Part shown: one piece after another, positions 55,934-64,000 of the stretch
How the letters are laid out: each line of letters opens with the position of its first letter
Numbering within the stretch: position 1 is the stretch's first letter
From: Patescibacteria group bacterium
GTDB lineage: Bacteria; Patescibacteriota; Microgenomatia; Levybacterales; UBA12049
NCBI GenBank assembly: GCA_035510535.1
Contig: DATKGY010000041.1
Coordinates: forward strand, 29,493 to 93,492
Direction of reading: 5' to 3'
DNA length: 64,000 bases
Notes under the pieces: generated by a model
Told to the model about the DNA's origin: nothing
Database searches by the model: none
The model's input: the letters and a program-made list of their open reading frames with translations, nothing else
Translations under genes and position numbers: made by a program

Positions 55934-57379
55934 TTGATGAATAAACTGAAGTTTGGTTTATTGGTTGGTATCCTAATCCTCGGTTTTGCCGTCAGACTTT
56001 ACAAATTTAACAGTCCGATTGCCGACTGGCATAGTTGGCGTCAGGCCGATACGTCTTCTGTCTCGCGTAATTTTGTCAGTACTGGATTTGATCTTTTGCA
56101 TCCGCGGTTTGACGATTTGTCCAATGTCCCTTCGAATAAATACGATAACCCCCAAGGATACAGATTTGTCGAGTTTCCAGTCTATAACGTGATGCAGGCC
56201 GGTCTATTCATAATGTTAGGGCACATAACCATTGAACAATGGGGGAGAATGGTGACCATATTTTGCTCTTTATTTTCAGCAGTATTTTTGTATTTAATAG
56301 TTAAGAAACGGGAAGGTTTTTTAACCGGCTTGCTGGCCGCTTTTTTCTTCGTGTTTTTGCCTTTTAACATTTATTATTCGCGGACGATATTGCCTGATCC
56401 TTTAATGGCGACTTTTATTTTGGGGGCAATTTACTATTTTGATTTATGGCTTACCGCAAAATCAAAACTTCAATTGCTGCTATTTTTTGTTTTGACCTGT
56501 ATTTTTTCCGCGGGCGCGTTTTTAATCAAACCTTTTGCGGGGTTCTTTATGCTGCCGATGCTTTATTTGGCTTTTGAAAAATACGGCTTCAATTTAATCA
56601 AAAAATGGCAATTGTGGCTTTTGGCGATTGTAGCTCTTTTACCTTTTGGAGCGTGGAGATTATGGATGCAGCAATATCCGGCCGGTATTCCGCAAAGCTG
56701 GTGGCTTTTTAACGGTAGTAATATCCGTTTTAAGGGCGCGTTTTTTCAATGGCTATTTGCGCAAAGAATTGGTGAAATGATCTTAGGCTACTGGGGATTG
56801 GTTCTTTTCGGTTTGGGGCTGATTTTTGTCAAAAAGAAGAACTACCTATTTTTCGTCTCCTTTTTGGTAGCATCGCTTCTTTATCTATTCGTGGTTGCTA
56901 CTGGCAACGTTCAGCATGATTATTACCAAATCCCGATTATCCCTTCACTGGCAATATTCTTGGGAATCGGCAGCGCTTTTCTCATTAATCCGGCTAAGGA
57001 AATAATCAGCCGCTACAAAACTGTTCCAATTTTAATTATTGCAGTTTTATTTATGTTTGCTTTTAGCTGGTTCGCGGTGAGAGCCTTCTACGACATTGAT
57101 AATCCGGCAATTATTGTGGCCGGTGCCGCTGTGGACAAGCTGACGCCGAAAAATGCCAAAGTAATCGCCAATTATAACGGGGACACATCGTTTCTCTACC
57201 AAACAAAAAGAAAAGGATGGGCCAGTTTTGAAAAGGGATTACCACAAATGGTTCAGATGGGCGCGGATTATTTAGCGCTTATTAATCCAACTCCCGCCGA
57301 TATCCATTTAGGTACGCTGTATAAAATAATTGCTCAAACACCGCAATACATAATTTTTGACTTAAGACAAAAACCATGA
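55934..57379 (+). CDS. GT-C polytopic membrane glycosyltransferase (ArnT/PMT-like).
   Basis: 'VRLYKFNSPIADWHSWRQADTSSVSRNF' loop 1 after TM1; about 12 TMs; C-terminal 'FLYQTKRKGW'. Confidence 0.55.
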   Translation: MMNKLKFGLLVGILILGFAVRLYKFNSPIADWHSWRQADTSSVSRNFVSTGFDLLHPRFDDLSNVPSNKYDNPQGYRFVEFPVYNVMQAGLFIMLGHITIEQWGRMVTIFCSLFSAVFLYLIVKKREGFLTGLLAAFFFVFLPFNIYYSRTILPDPLMATFILGAIYYFDLWLTAKSKLQLLLFFVLTCIFSAGAFLIKPFAGFFMLPMLYLAFEKYGFNLIKKWQLWLLAIVALLPFGAWRLWMQQYPAGIPQSWWLFNGSNIRFKGAFFQWLFAQRIGEMILGYWGLVLFGLGLIFVKKKNYLFFVSFLVASLLYLFVVATGNVQHDYYQIPIIPSLAIFLGIGSAFLINPAKEIISRYKTVPILIIAVLFMFAFSWFAVRAFYDIDNPAIIVAGAAVDKLTPKNAKVIANYNGDTSFLYQTKRKGWASFEKGLPQMVQMGADYLALINPTPADIHLGTLYKIIAQTPQYIIFDLRQKP

Positions 57380-57380
57380 T

Positions 57381-57497
57381 CCCGTTAAAGACCGATTAAA
57401 CGATATCTAAAATGTTAAGCTTAAAAAATATCGATATAATAAATAACAACAGAAAGGATTTACGCAAGCGTTATGAACGCTCGCTGTCTTTAACGGG
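57381..57497. repeat. 117-bp intergenic element bounded by a perfect 12-bp inverted repeat (CCCGTTAAAGAC ... GTCTTTAACGGG).
   Basis: IR arms at 57381-57392 and 57486-57497, ending exactly at the ATG of the downstream GT4. Confidence 0.6.
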
Positions 57498-58688
57498 ATG
57501 AAAATCTTAATGGTCTCTTCATATCTACCTTTTCCACTTAAATCGGGTGGAGAAATCAGGCTTTACAATTTGATGAAAAACCTGGCCGAAAAACACGAGA
57601 TTACTTTAATTTGCGAAAAAAGGGATTATCAAACTGAAAGCGATGTTGAAGAAGTCAGGAAGATCTGTAAAAAACTCATTACAGTAACACGCAAAAAACA
57701 ATGGAGCACCGCTAATATTCTTAAAACCGGACTATCAATGGACCCATTTCTAATTATCGGTCACACCAGCGAGGAGATGAAGCTGGCGATAAGAGACGAG
57801 CTGGTAAGGGAAAAATACGATTTAATCCACGTTGAAACTTTTTACGTCTATCAAAACCTGCCGAAAGTTTCCATTCCGGTTATTTTAGTTGAGCATAACG
57901 TTGAATATTTGGCTTATCAAAGATATGTCAAGTTGGCCAACCCATTCTTAAAATTATTTTTCTATGTTGACGTAATGAAATTAAGGAAAAAAGAAGAACA
58001 GGCTTGGAGAAAAGTTGATAAGTTGATTGCAGTTTCCAATACGGAGAGAAGACTGATGAAAAGGGCAGACATCACCGTTATTGCAAACGGAGTTGATCTA
58101 AATAATTTTCAGTTCAGAAGTTCCCAAAATCTTCCGGAAGAAAAAAGAATCCTTTTTATCGGAGATTTCAAATGGTTCCAAAATGTTGACGCGGCGGAAA
58201 TAATCTTAAAGCACATTTGGCCAAGAATCAGTCAGAAATTGGCAGAAACCAAAAACCGGGCCGATATTAAGTTATGGATTATCGGCCGTAATATTCCGGA
58301 AAAAATAAAAAGTCTGGCGGCTTCGAAAAATATCATTTTGGAAGAAGACAGTAAGAAGGAAACGGCGGAGATTTTCCGCAAAGCCTATTTACTTTTGGCG
58401 CCGATCAGGGCGGGCGGGGGAACAAGTTATAAGATTTTGGAAGCGATGGCGTCAGGAGTCCCCGTGGTGACGACCAATTTGGGACTGGAGGGATTGGAGG
58501 CGAAAAATAATATTCACGCTTTGGCGTCCGAAAAAGAAGACGAGTTGGCGGAGCTGGCTTTAGTTTTAATTCAAGACCATAGTGTGTACCGAAAATTAAC
58601 ATTGAATGCCCGGAAATTAGTTGAAGAAAAATATGACTGGCGGGTAATTGCTCAAAAGCTAGACGAAGTTTACATGTCCTGTTTTTAA
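57498..58688 (+). CDS. GT4 glycosyltransferase.
   Basis: 'GGGTSYKILEAMASGVPVVTT'. Confidence 0.85.
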   Translation: MKILMVSSYLPFPLKSGGEIRLYNLMKNLAEKHEITLICEKRDYQTESDVEEVRKICKKLITVTRKKQWSTANILKTGLSMDPFLIIGHTSEEMKLAIRDELVREKYDLIHVETFYVYQNLPKVSIPVILVEHNVEYLAYQRYVKLANPFLKLFFYVDVMKLRKKEEQAWRKVDKLIAVSNTERRLMKRADITVIANGVDLNNFQFRSSQNLPEEKRILFIGDFKWFQNVDAAEIILKHIWPRISQKLAETKNRADIKLWIIGRNIPEKIKSLAASKNIILEEDSKKETAEIFRKAYLLLAPIRAGGGTSYKILEAMASGVPVVTTNLGLEGLEAKNNIHALASEKEDELAELALVLIQDHSVYRKLTLNARKLVEEKYDWRVIAQKLDEVYMSCF

Positions 58689-58691
58689 AAT

Positions 58692-59585
58692 ATGGATTTA
58701 TCAATTATTATTGTTTCCTACAATACTAAAGAGTTCTTAAAGGGTTGTATTGAGTCCATTTACAAAACCACCAAAAATCTTAAGTTTGAAATAATCGTGG
58801 TTGACAATGCTTCCACGGACGATTCGGTCCGTGCAATTTCCAATCTCCAATTTCCAATTTCCAATAAAGATTCACTAAAAATTATTCAAAATAGAGAGAA
58901 TTTGGGATTTTCCAAAGCCAATAATTTGGGAGTAAAAAAAGCTCAAGGAAGATATCTTTTGTTCTTAAATCCAGATGTTGAAGTTCACGCAGAAACTTTA
59001 GAGGGAATGGTTAAGTTTATGGACGAACACGAAGATGCGGGTGCGGCGACTTGTAAATTAATAATGCCAAACGGGCAAATTGATGATGCGTCTCACCGCG
59101 GCTTTCCGACTCCCTGGAATTCTTTCTCACATTTTTCAGGCCTTTCAAAAATTCTCGGTAAAACAAAATTATTCGGCGGATATACTTTGGGGTTCAAAGA
59201 TTTTGCCAAAACTCATGAAATAGACGCTTTGGCCGGCGCATTTATGCTGGTGAGAAGAAAAGCGGGGGAACAAGCTGGTTGGTGGGATGAAGATTATTTT
59301 TTCTACGGAGAGGATATAGATTTTTGTTATATGCTAAAACAAAAAGGCTGGAAGATTTATTACATACCGCAGTTCACAGTTTTACATTACAAAGGAGTTT
59401 CTCATGGGCTTAAAAAAGTTTCCAGAAATATTACCACCGCCAGTAAAGAAACCAAACAGCGAACCACCAAAGCGCGCTTTAGAGCAATGCGGCTTTTCTA
59501 CAAAAAACATTATGAACAAAAATATCCGTGGTTCATCACCCGCTTGGTATACTTTGGTATCTTCCTAAAGCAACTTGCTTCTTAG
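58692..59585 (+). CDS. GT2 glycosyltransferase.
   Basis: 'LSIIIVSYNTKEF...IIVVDNASTDDS', 'NPDVE'; contains an in-frame (TTTCCAA)-like x4 repeat at 58837-58864. Confidence 0.8.
   Translation: MDLSIIIVSYNTKEFLKGCIESIYKTTKNLKFEIIVVDNASTDDSVRAISNLQFPISNKDSLKIIQNRENLGFSKANNLGVKKAQGRYLLFLNPDVEVHAETLEGMVKFMDEHEDAGAATCKLIMPNGQIDDASHRGFPTPWNSFSHFSGLSKILGKTKLFGGYTLGFKDFAKTHEIDALAGAFMLVRRKAGEQAGWWDEDYFFYGEDIDFCYMLKQKGWKIYYIPQFTVLHYKGVSHGLKKVSRNITTASKETKQRTTKARFRAMRLFYKKHYEQKYPWFITRLVYFGIFLKQLAS
58837..58864. repeat. (TTTCCAA)-like x4 heptanucleotide tandem repeat inside the GT2 at 58692.
   Basis: tttccaatctccaatttccaatttccaa; encodes ISNLQFPISN; absent from the paralog at 50796. Confidence 0.85.
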
Positions 59586-59657
59586 GTATTATTCCTCCGC
59601 GATTACAACTTGAGCTCAACCCATTCTAAGAAGCTAGGCATTTTTGCATTTTGTCAA

Positions 59658-60620
59658 TTATTTATTCCCTTCAATTGTTTTCGCTAGTTGTGCCGCTATA
59701 AAAGCCCTTCCATCTTTATTCATGTGCTCATTAACATAACTTTCTTCTTTCCAAATAAAATTCTTTGAAGGCAAGGACGTTGATAAATCTAAAACTAGAG
59801 ATTGATGTTGTTTTAATTGGGATACAATTGTATTGGCATTTTCTTTTACCTGAGTTAGAAAACGTTTGCCAAAATATTTTTCACCTGTTTGATAATCAAT
59901 GGGCGTAATATAAAAAATTACTTTGGTTTTAGTATTTCGATACCGATCTGCGATATTAAGCAAATTGTTTAATTTACTATTATCTGCGTTTACGGAAGCC
60001 AGATAATTCATCTGAAACATCAATTTAAATCTTGTATTAAGAGATGCATTTTTTAGTTTATTCTCATAATCTCCTCCACTACCGACTACTGTATTGCCGT
60101 CAAATTCGGTTGAAAGATAATAAATATTTTCATACAACTTATTACCATCGGGAATAGCCAGATTAGTTGTAAAAGTTAGAAAAGGACTAAGCGGGGTATT
60201 GTAAAAATCCAGATATAACATTTCGTCTATAAATTGAGGACCTCCTAAATCCCAACCTATAGAGAATGACCGAAGGTTAATAGGGATAATAATATAGGAA
60301 GGGTAATAATTTTGCTTAACCATGTAATTTGTGTAAGCATCATACATGCCGGCTTGATATCCATCATGACAAACCATGCCTATGCCTTTATTAAGCAAAT
60401 TGCTTAACATTGTTTGAATGGAACGATTGTCCGCTTCATATTTGCTCCACCATGTCGTAGTGCTGTCTCCAAAAAAAATGATGTTTGTTTCATTTTGCTG
60501 ATAGGTTTTTAAACTTTCTACCGCTTGAGGAGGCTGATAGGGAAAATATGATAATACAAATTTTTGCAAAATTAAAATCAAGAAAATAAAAATAGTTAAT
60601 TTAATAACAAAAGTTTTCAT
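59658..60620 (-). CDS. Secreted or membrane-anchored partner protein of the MBOAT (AlgJ/AlgX/DltD-like, possibly SGNH-fold).
   Basis: N-terminal signal anchor; immediately downstream of, and overlapping, the MBOAT gene; 'FFGDSTT' near the N-terminus resembles an SGNH block I (GDS). Confidence 0.45.
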   Translation of the reverse strand: MKTFVIKLTIFIFLILILQKFVLSYFPYQPPQAVESLKTYQQNETNIIFFGDSTTTWWSKYEADNRSIQTMLSNLLNKGIGMVCHDGYQAGMYDAYTNYMVKQNYYPSYIIIPINLRSFSIGWDLGGPQFIDEMLYLDFYNTPLSPFLTFTTNLAIPDGNKLYENIYYLSTEFDGNTVVGSGGDYENKLKNASLNTRFKLMFQMNYLASVNADNSKLNNLLNIADRYRNTKTKVIFYITPIDYQTGEKYFGKRFLTQVKENANTIVSQLKQHQSLVLDLSTSLPSKNFIWKEESYVNEHMNKDGRAFIAAQLAKTIEGNK

Positions 60621-62101
60621 TAAAATTTAAAATAGATAAATGGCACCGGATTTACCGGACTAAAATTCACAATTGCTAAAGCAAGAATTAGATAGATTCC
60701 AAGACGGACAGGAAATGGAAAAGAAGGGTATAATTTCCGCCTCTCCAATAATTGTAATATTTCCATTAACACTACTGCGCCAAAAACAATGCCAATTTGC
60801 GGCAAGGTTAATCCAACGCCGTGATGCTGATCGAATAACATGTAGAATAAATCGTAAGTGTTTTTCTGAAGCGCCAAATTAAATAGACCTAAAAGCCCTG
60901 TGGTTGCATGAGATAAAATATATAACCCGTCGGAAATCGTCGCGGCCCGGAAAAATATCCAGGCGATGCAAACCAATACAAACGTTACCCCTATTTTAAA
61001 AAGGTTAATAAAAAATAACAGTAGCTTACTTGAAATAACTACTTTTAATGGAAGTTTATATTGAGAAACCAAAAGATTTATTACCATATAAAAACCATGA
61101 ATTAATCCCCAAACGACATAAGTCCAATTTGCGCCATGCCATAGGCCCGTTACGAAAAATACAATCAAGATGTTTCGAATATTTATTAATTCCCCTTTCC
61201 TGCTTCCTCCTAACGGGATATAAATGTAGTCCCTAAACCAAGAATACAATGTTATATGCCACCGGCGCCAAAAGTCTCGGATTGACGTTGCCAGATATGG
61301 AGCATTAAAATTTTCAGGAAGATTAAATCCCATTACTCTTGCCGCTCCTATCGCAATGTCGCTATAGCCTGAAAAATCGCAATACACCTGAAACGCAAAA
61401 GCAACTGTTGCTAAAATTAACGGGAAACCGATGTAACTATGAGGACTACCATAAACCTGATTCACCATAATTGCCAGTCTATCTGCAATCACCAGTTTCT
61501 TAAAGAAACCCAAAAGCATTCTCCTTAAGCCCTCAGAGACATTGTTTTCATCAAATTTATGATTGACATAAAATTGCGGAATCAGATGAGCTGCCCTTTC
61601 TATCGGTCCGGCAACCAGTTGCGGATAAAACATGACAAACAAAGCGTATTTTCCCAAATGTTTTTCCGGTTTTTGCTTACGTTTATAAACATCTATTACA
61701 TAGCCTAAGCTTTGAAATGTGTGAAAAGATAAGCCAATTGGCAAAATTAAATTCAGTAGCTGCGGAGAATAATTCCAATGAATAAGACTGGCGAGCTGTT
61801 GAACATTAATTTGGAAAAAATTAGAATATTTAAAAAAGAAAAGAATCCCGATATTTGACAAAATACTTATCAACAGAAGAAACTTTCGTTTTTTCCCTTT
61901 TAGTTTGCTGAGAAAAATACCGGCTGTATAGTCAACGATGATTAAGTAAAAAAGTATAAATATATAGACGGGAATAAAAACCAGATAGAAGATGCAACTT
62001 GCTATTAACAGCACTAACCATTTCCATCTGAATGAAGCTAAATAATATAAAATCGTGACGATGGGAAAGAAGATGAGAAAGGATATTGAATTAAATAACA
62101 T
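60620..62101 (-). CDS. MBOAT-family membrane O-acyltransferase (AlgI/DltB-like).
   Basis: 'FWRRWHITLYSWFRDYIYIPLGGSR' with the invariant His; second His in 'GLWHGANWTYVVWG'. Confidence 0.85.
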   Translation of the reverse strand: MLFNSISFLIFFPIVTILYYLASFRWKWLVLLIASCIFYLVFIPVYIFILFYLIIVDYTAGIFLSKLKGKKRKFLLLISILSNIGILFFFKYSNFFQINVQQLASLIHWNYSPQLLNLILPIGLSFHTFQSLGYVIDVYKRKQKPEKHLGKYALFVMFYPQLVAGPIERAAHLIPQFYVNHKFDENNVSEGLRRMLLGFFKKLVIADRLAIMVNQVYGSPHSYIGFPLILATVAFAFQVYCDFSGYSDIAIGAARVMGFNLPENFNAPYLATSIRDFWRRWHITLYSWFRDYIYIPLGGSRKGELINIRNILIVFFVTGLWHGANWTYVVWGLIHGFYMVINLLVSQYKLPLKVVISSKLLLFFINLFKIGVTFVLVCIAWIFFRAATISDGLYILSHATTGLLGLFNLALQKNTYDLFYMLFDQHHGVGLTLPQIGIVFGAVVLMEILQLLERRKLYPSFPFPVRLGIYLILALAIVNFSPVNPVPFIYFKF

Positions 62102-62220
62102 TAATAAATTCTAATATCCAAATAATAACTTTTTTCTAATTAAAAATAAAGCACTTTTTCAATTGTTTAGGATTGAAGTTGGGATTTGTTAAGCACGTGA
62201 ACATTAGCTATAATCCTAAT

Positions 62221-63324
62221 ATGAGGATTGGAATTGATTGCCGTTTATGGGAACAAACCGGCGTTGGCAGGTACACCAGGAACATTGTCTTAAATCTTCA
62301 GGCAATTGACAAGAAAAATCAGTATGTTTTGTTCGTTAGGCCTGATGATTCAGAAATGATTAAGAAACAAATAGCTAATAGTAAATGGAAGATAGTAAAT
62401 GTGAACATTAAATGGCATTCGGTTGCGGAACAGTTAAGATTCCCCTCGTTAATCAAGCAACAGAAATTGGATTTAATGCACTTTCCTTATTTTTCCGTTC
62501 CTATTTTTTACAATCGGCCTTATGTTGTAACAATTCACGATTTAATTATCAATCATTTTTCAACCGGAAAAGCCTCAACGCTTATTTACCCGGTATACTT
62601 AGCCAAAAGAGAAGCTTATAAATTTATAATTAGGCAAGCGGCCAGAAACGCTAGGAAAATTATTGCTCCATCCAATGCGACTAAACAGGAAATAATGGAC
62701 CATTTAAAAATTAGCGAGAATAAGATTGACGTTATCTGCGAGGCATCAGAGCTTAGTAGCCAACAATCAGCAGTTGGTAGCCAGAAGTATGGAAAATACT
62801 TTCTCTACGTTGGCAATGCCTATCCGCATAAAAACTTAGAGCGGCTAATCCAGGCTTTCAAAAAAATAGTGAATGAACATCAAGATCTAAAATTAATTTT
62901 GGTTGGGCAGAAAGATTATTTTTACCAGCGTCTGGAGAAAGAATATCAGTCGGATAACATAATTTTTTACGGGAAAGCCGGCGATAAAGAGTTGGTCAGT
63001 TTGTATACAAACGCAGTTGCTTTAGTAGCGCCGTCTTTGATGGAGGGGTTTGGATTACCGGTTTTGGAAGCAATGTCTCTAAGATGTTTAGTGGTGGCAT
63101 CGGATATCCCGGCGTTTAGAGAAATAGCCGGAGAAAATGCGCTTTATTTTAATCCTCAGGATCTAGCCGATATTCATGCGAAGTTGAAGAATGTTTTGGA
63201 GAATGGAGAAAAATACAAGGAAGAAAAATTGGAAAAAGCTTTTAACAAATCACAACAATTTTCCTGGAGAAAAGCTGCCGAACAAACCCTTAATATTTAT
63301 GAAAGTTGCGTTGGTATACGATAG
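62221..63324 (+). CDS. GT4 glycosyltransferase (start at internal ATG 62221).
   Basis: 'MRIGIDCRLWEQTGVGRY...'; 'EGFGLPVLEAMSLRCLVVASD'. Confidence 0.8.
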   Translation: MRIGIDCRLWEQTGVGRYTRNIVLNLQAIDKKNQYVLFVRPDDSEMIKKQIANSKWKIVNVNIKWHSVAEQLRFPSLIKQQKLDLMHFPYFSVPIFYNRPYVVTIHDLIINHFSTGKASTLIYPVYLAKREAYKFIIRQAARNARKIIAPSNATKQEIMDHLKISENKIDVICEASELSSQQSAVGSQKYGKYFLYVGNAYPHKNLERLIQAFKKIVNEHQDLKLILVGQKDYFYQRLEKEYQSDNIIFYGKAGDKELVSLYTNAVALVAPSLMEGFGLPVLEAMSLRCLVVASDIPAFREIAGENALYFNPQDLADIHAKLKNVLENGEKYKEEKLEKAFNKSQQFSWRKAAEQTLNIYESCVGIR

Positions 63325-64000
63325 AGTGAACAAATGGGGAGGGGCGGAAAGAGTTTTACTGGCGCTCCACAAAATATTTCCGCAGGCGCCTTTATTCACT
63401 TCGGTCTATAACAAAGAAAAAGCTCCTTGGGCCAAAGTTTTTAAAATCCAGACTTCTTTTTTGCAAAACTTCCCCAAAGCCCAAACTTCGCATGAACTTT
63501 ATGCTTCCTTAATGCCGCTGGCTTTTGAAAGCTTCAATTTTGATGATTACGATCTGGTAATTTCCGTTACCAGCGAAGCGGCCAAAGGAATTGTTACAAA
63601 ACCAAAGACTTTGCATATTTGTTATTGTTTAACCCCGACCAGATATTTATGGAGTGGTTATAATGATTATTTCAAAAGTCCACTATTCAGATTGCTGTCA
63701 AAACCCGCTGTTTCGTATTTAAGAAGTTGGGATAAAATTGCTGCTCAAAGGCCGGATGAATATATAGCGATCTCAACAGAAGTTCAGAAGCGAATCAAGC
63801 GTTATTACAATAGAGAGTCAGAGATTATTTATCCACCTTCAGAAATGGCAAATAGCATCCGTTCGACAGGCTCAGGACAAGAATGGCAAATGGCAAATGG
63901 TGAAGAAAATGGAGATTATTTTTTAGTTGTTTCAAGGCTCACAAATTTTTACAAGAGGGTGGATCTTGCAATTAAAGCTTGTAACGAGCTAGAGTTGCCT
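63299..64000 (+). CDS. GT4 glycosyltransferase, 3'-partial (runs off the window end). It is not in the ORF track because no stop falls inside the window.
   Basis: ATG at 63299, open to 64000: 'MKVALVYDRVNKWGGAERVLLALHKIFPQAPLFTSVYNKE...' is a typical GT4 N-domain; overlaps the upstream GT4 by 26 nt. Confidence 0.65.
   Translation, partial: MKVALVYDRVNKWGGAERVLLALHKIFPQAPLFTSVYNKEKAPWAKVFKIQTSFLQNFPKAQTSHELYASLMPLAFESFNFDDYDLVISVTSEAAKGIVTKPKTLHICYCLTPTRYLWSGYNDYFKSPLFRLLSKPAVSYLRSWDKIAAQRPDEYIAISTEVQKRIKRYYNRESEIIYPPSEMANSIRSTGSGQEWQMANGEENGDYFLVVSRLTNFYKRVDLAIKACNELELP

Noticed and set aside
59575-59640. 9-bp inverted repeat (GCTTCTTAG ... CTAAGAAGC) in the convergent spacer 59586-59657 as a bidirectional terminator.
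   Set aside because: The stem is short and separated by a ~40-nt loop, with no U-tract. Too weak to call a terminator.
1-64000. Searched for tRNA, rRNA, tmRNA, RNase P and SRP RNA signatures, and for integrase, transposase or recombinase genes that would delimit a classical genomic island.
   Set aside because: No cloverleaf-compatible or conserved RNA motifs recognised. No integrase or transposase ORFs are present. The only mobility-associated signatures are the Fic and HigBA cassettes and the inverted-repeat-bounded 117-bp element.

Overview
This ~64 kb window is low-GC and looks bacterial, with gene content suggesting a Patescibacteria/CPR (Microgenomates-like) genome. Genes are densely packed, start and stop codons frequently overlap (ATGA/GTGA), and at least three genes appear to use TTG/GTG starts. 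Almost the whole window is one cell-surface glycosylation island. About 57 genes are present, most on the + strand. Two adjacent minus-strand blocks lie in the middle (31529-35463) and one near the end (59658-62101).

Gene content:
(i) An unusually large set of polytopic GT-C-type membrane glycosyltransferase-like genes. It includes four tandem GT39/PMT-like paralogs carrying the loop-1 DE motif. It also includes two further paralog trios, here called family B (HDGxxH...YFPGW) and family C (GRD...GPxYYY). A smaller GT39-like gene, an ArnT/PMT-like gene, and a 1058-aa O-antigen-ligase-like::GT-C fusion are also present.
(ii) At least nine GT2 and eight GT4 soluble or membrane-anchored glycosyltransferases. 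Several of the GT2s are DPM1/GtrB/ArnC-like polyprenol-phosphate sugar synthases that could feed the GT-C enzymes.
(iii) Nucleotide-sugar modules: GalE; RfbF plus a UXS/ArnA-like decarboxylase-type SDR plus Ugd; a tyvelose/paratose-epimerase-like SDR; an RmlC-like epimerase; a split transketolase; and a minus-strand GDP-mannose 4,6-dehydratase operon carrying a zinc-ribbon sugar C-methyltransferase, two cupins and a short SDR reductase.
(iv) Tailoring genes: a Wzx-like flippase, two class-I and one FkbM methyltransferase, a hexapeptide acetyltransferase, and an MBOAT O-acyltransferase with a periplasmic partner.
(v) Embedded accessory elements: a class-II Fic (AMPylase) gene with a C-terminal HTH, sitting next to a truncated GT4 remnant; a HigB/Gp49-like plus XRE-HTH toxin-antitoxin pair with a 22-bp palindrome between the genes; a ~350-bp structured noncoding region; and a 117-bp intergenic element bounded by perfect 12-bp inverted repeats.

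Several glycosyltransferase genes carry in-frame heptanucleotide tandem repeats whose expansion or contraction would frameshift them. I found no rRNA, tRNA or CRISPR array.
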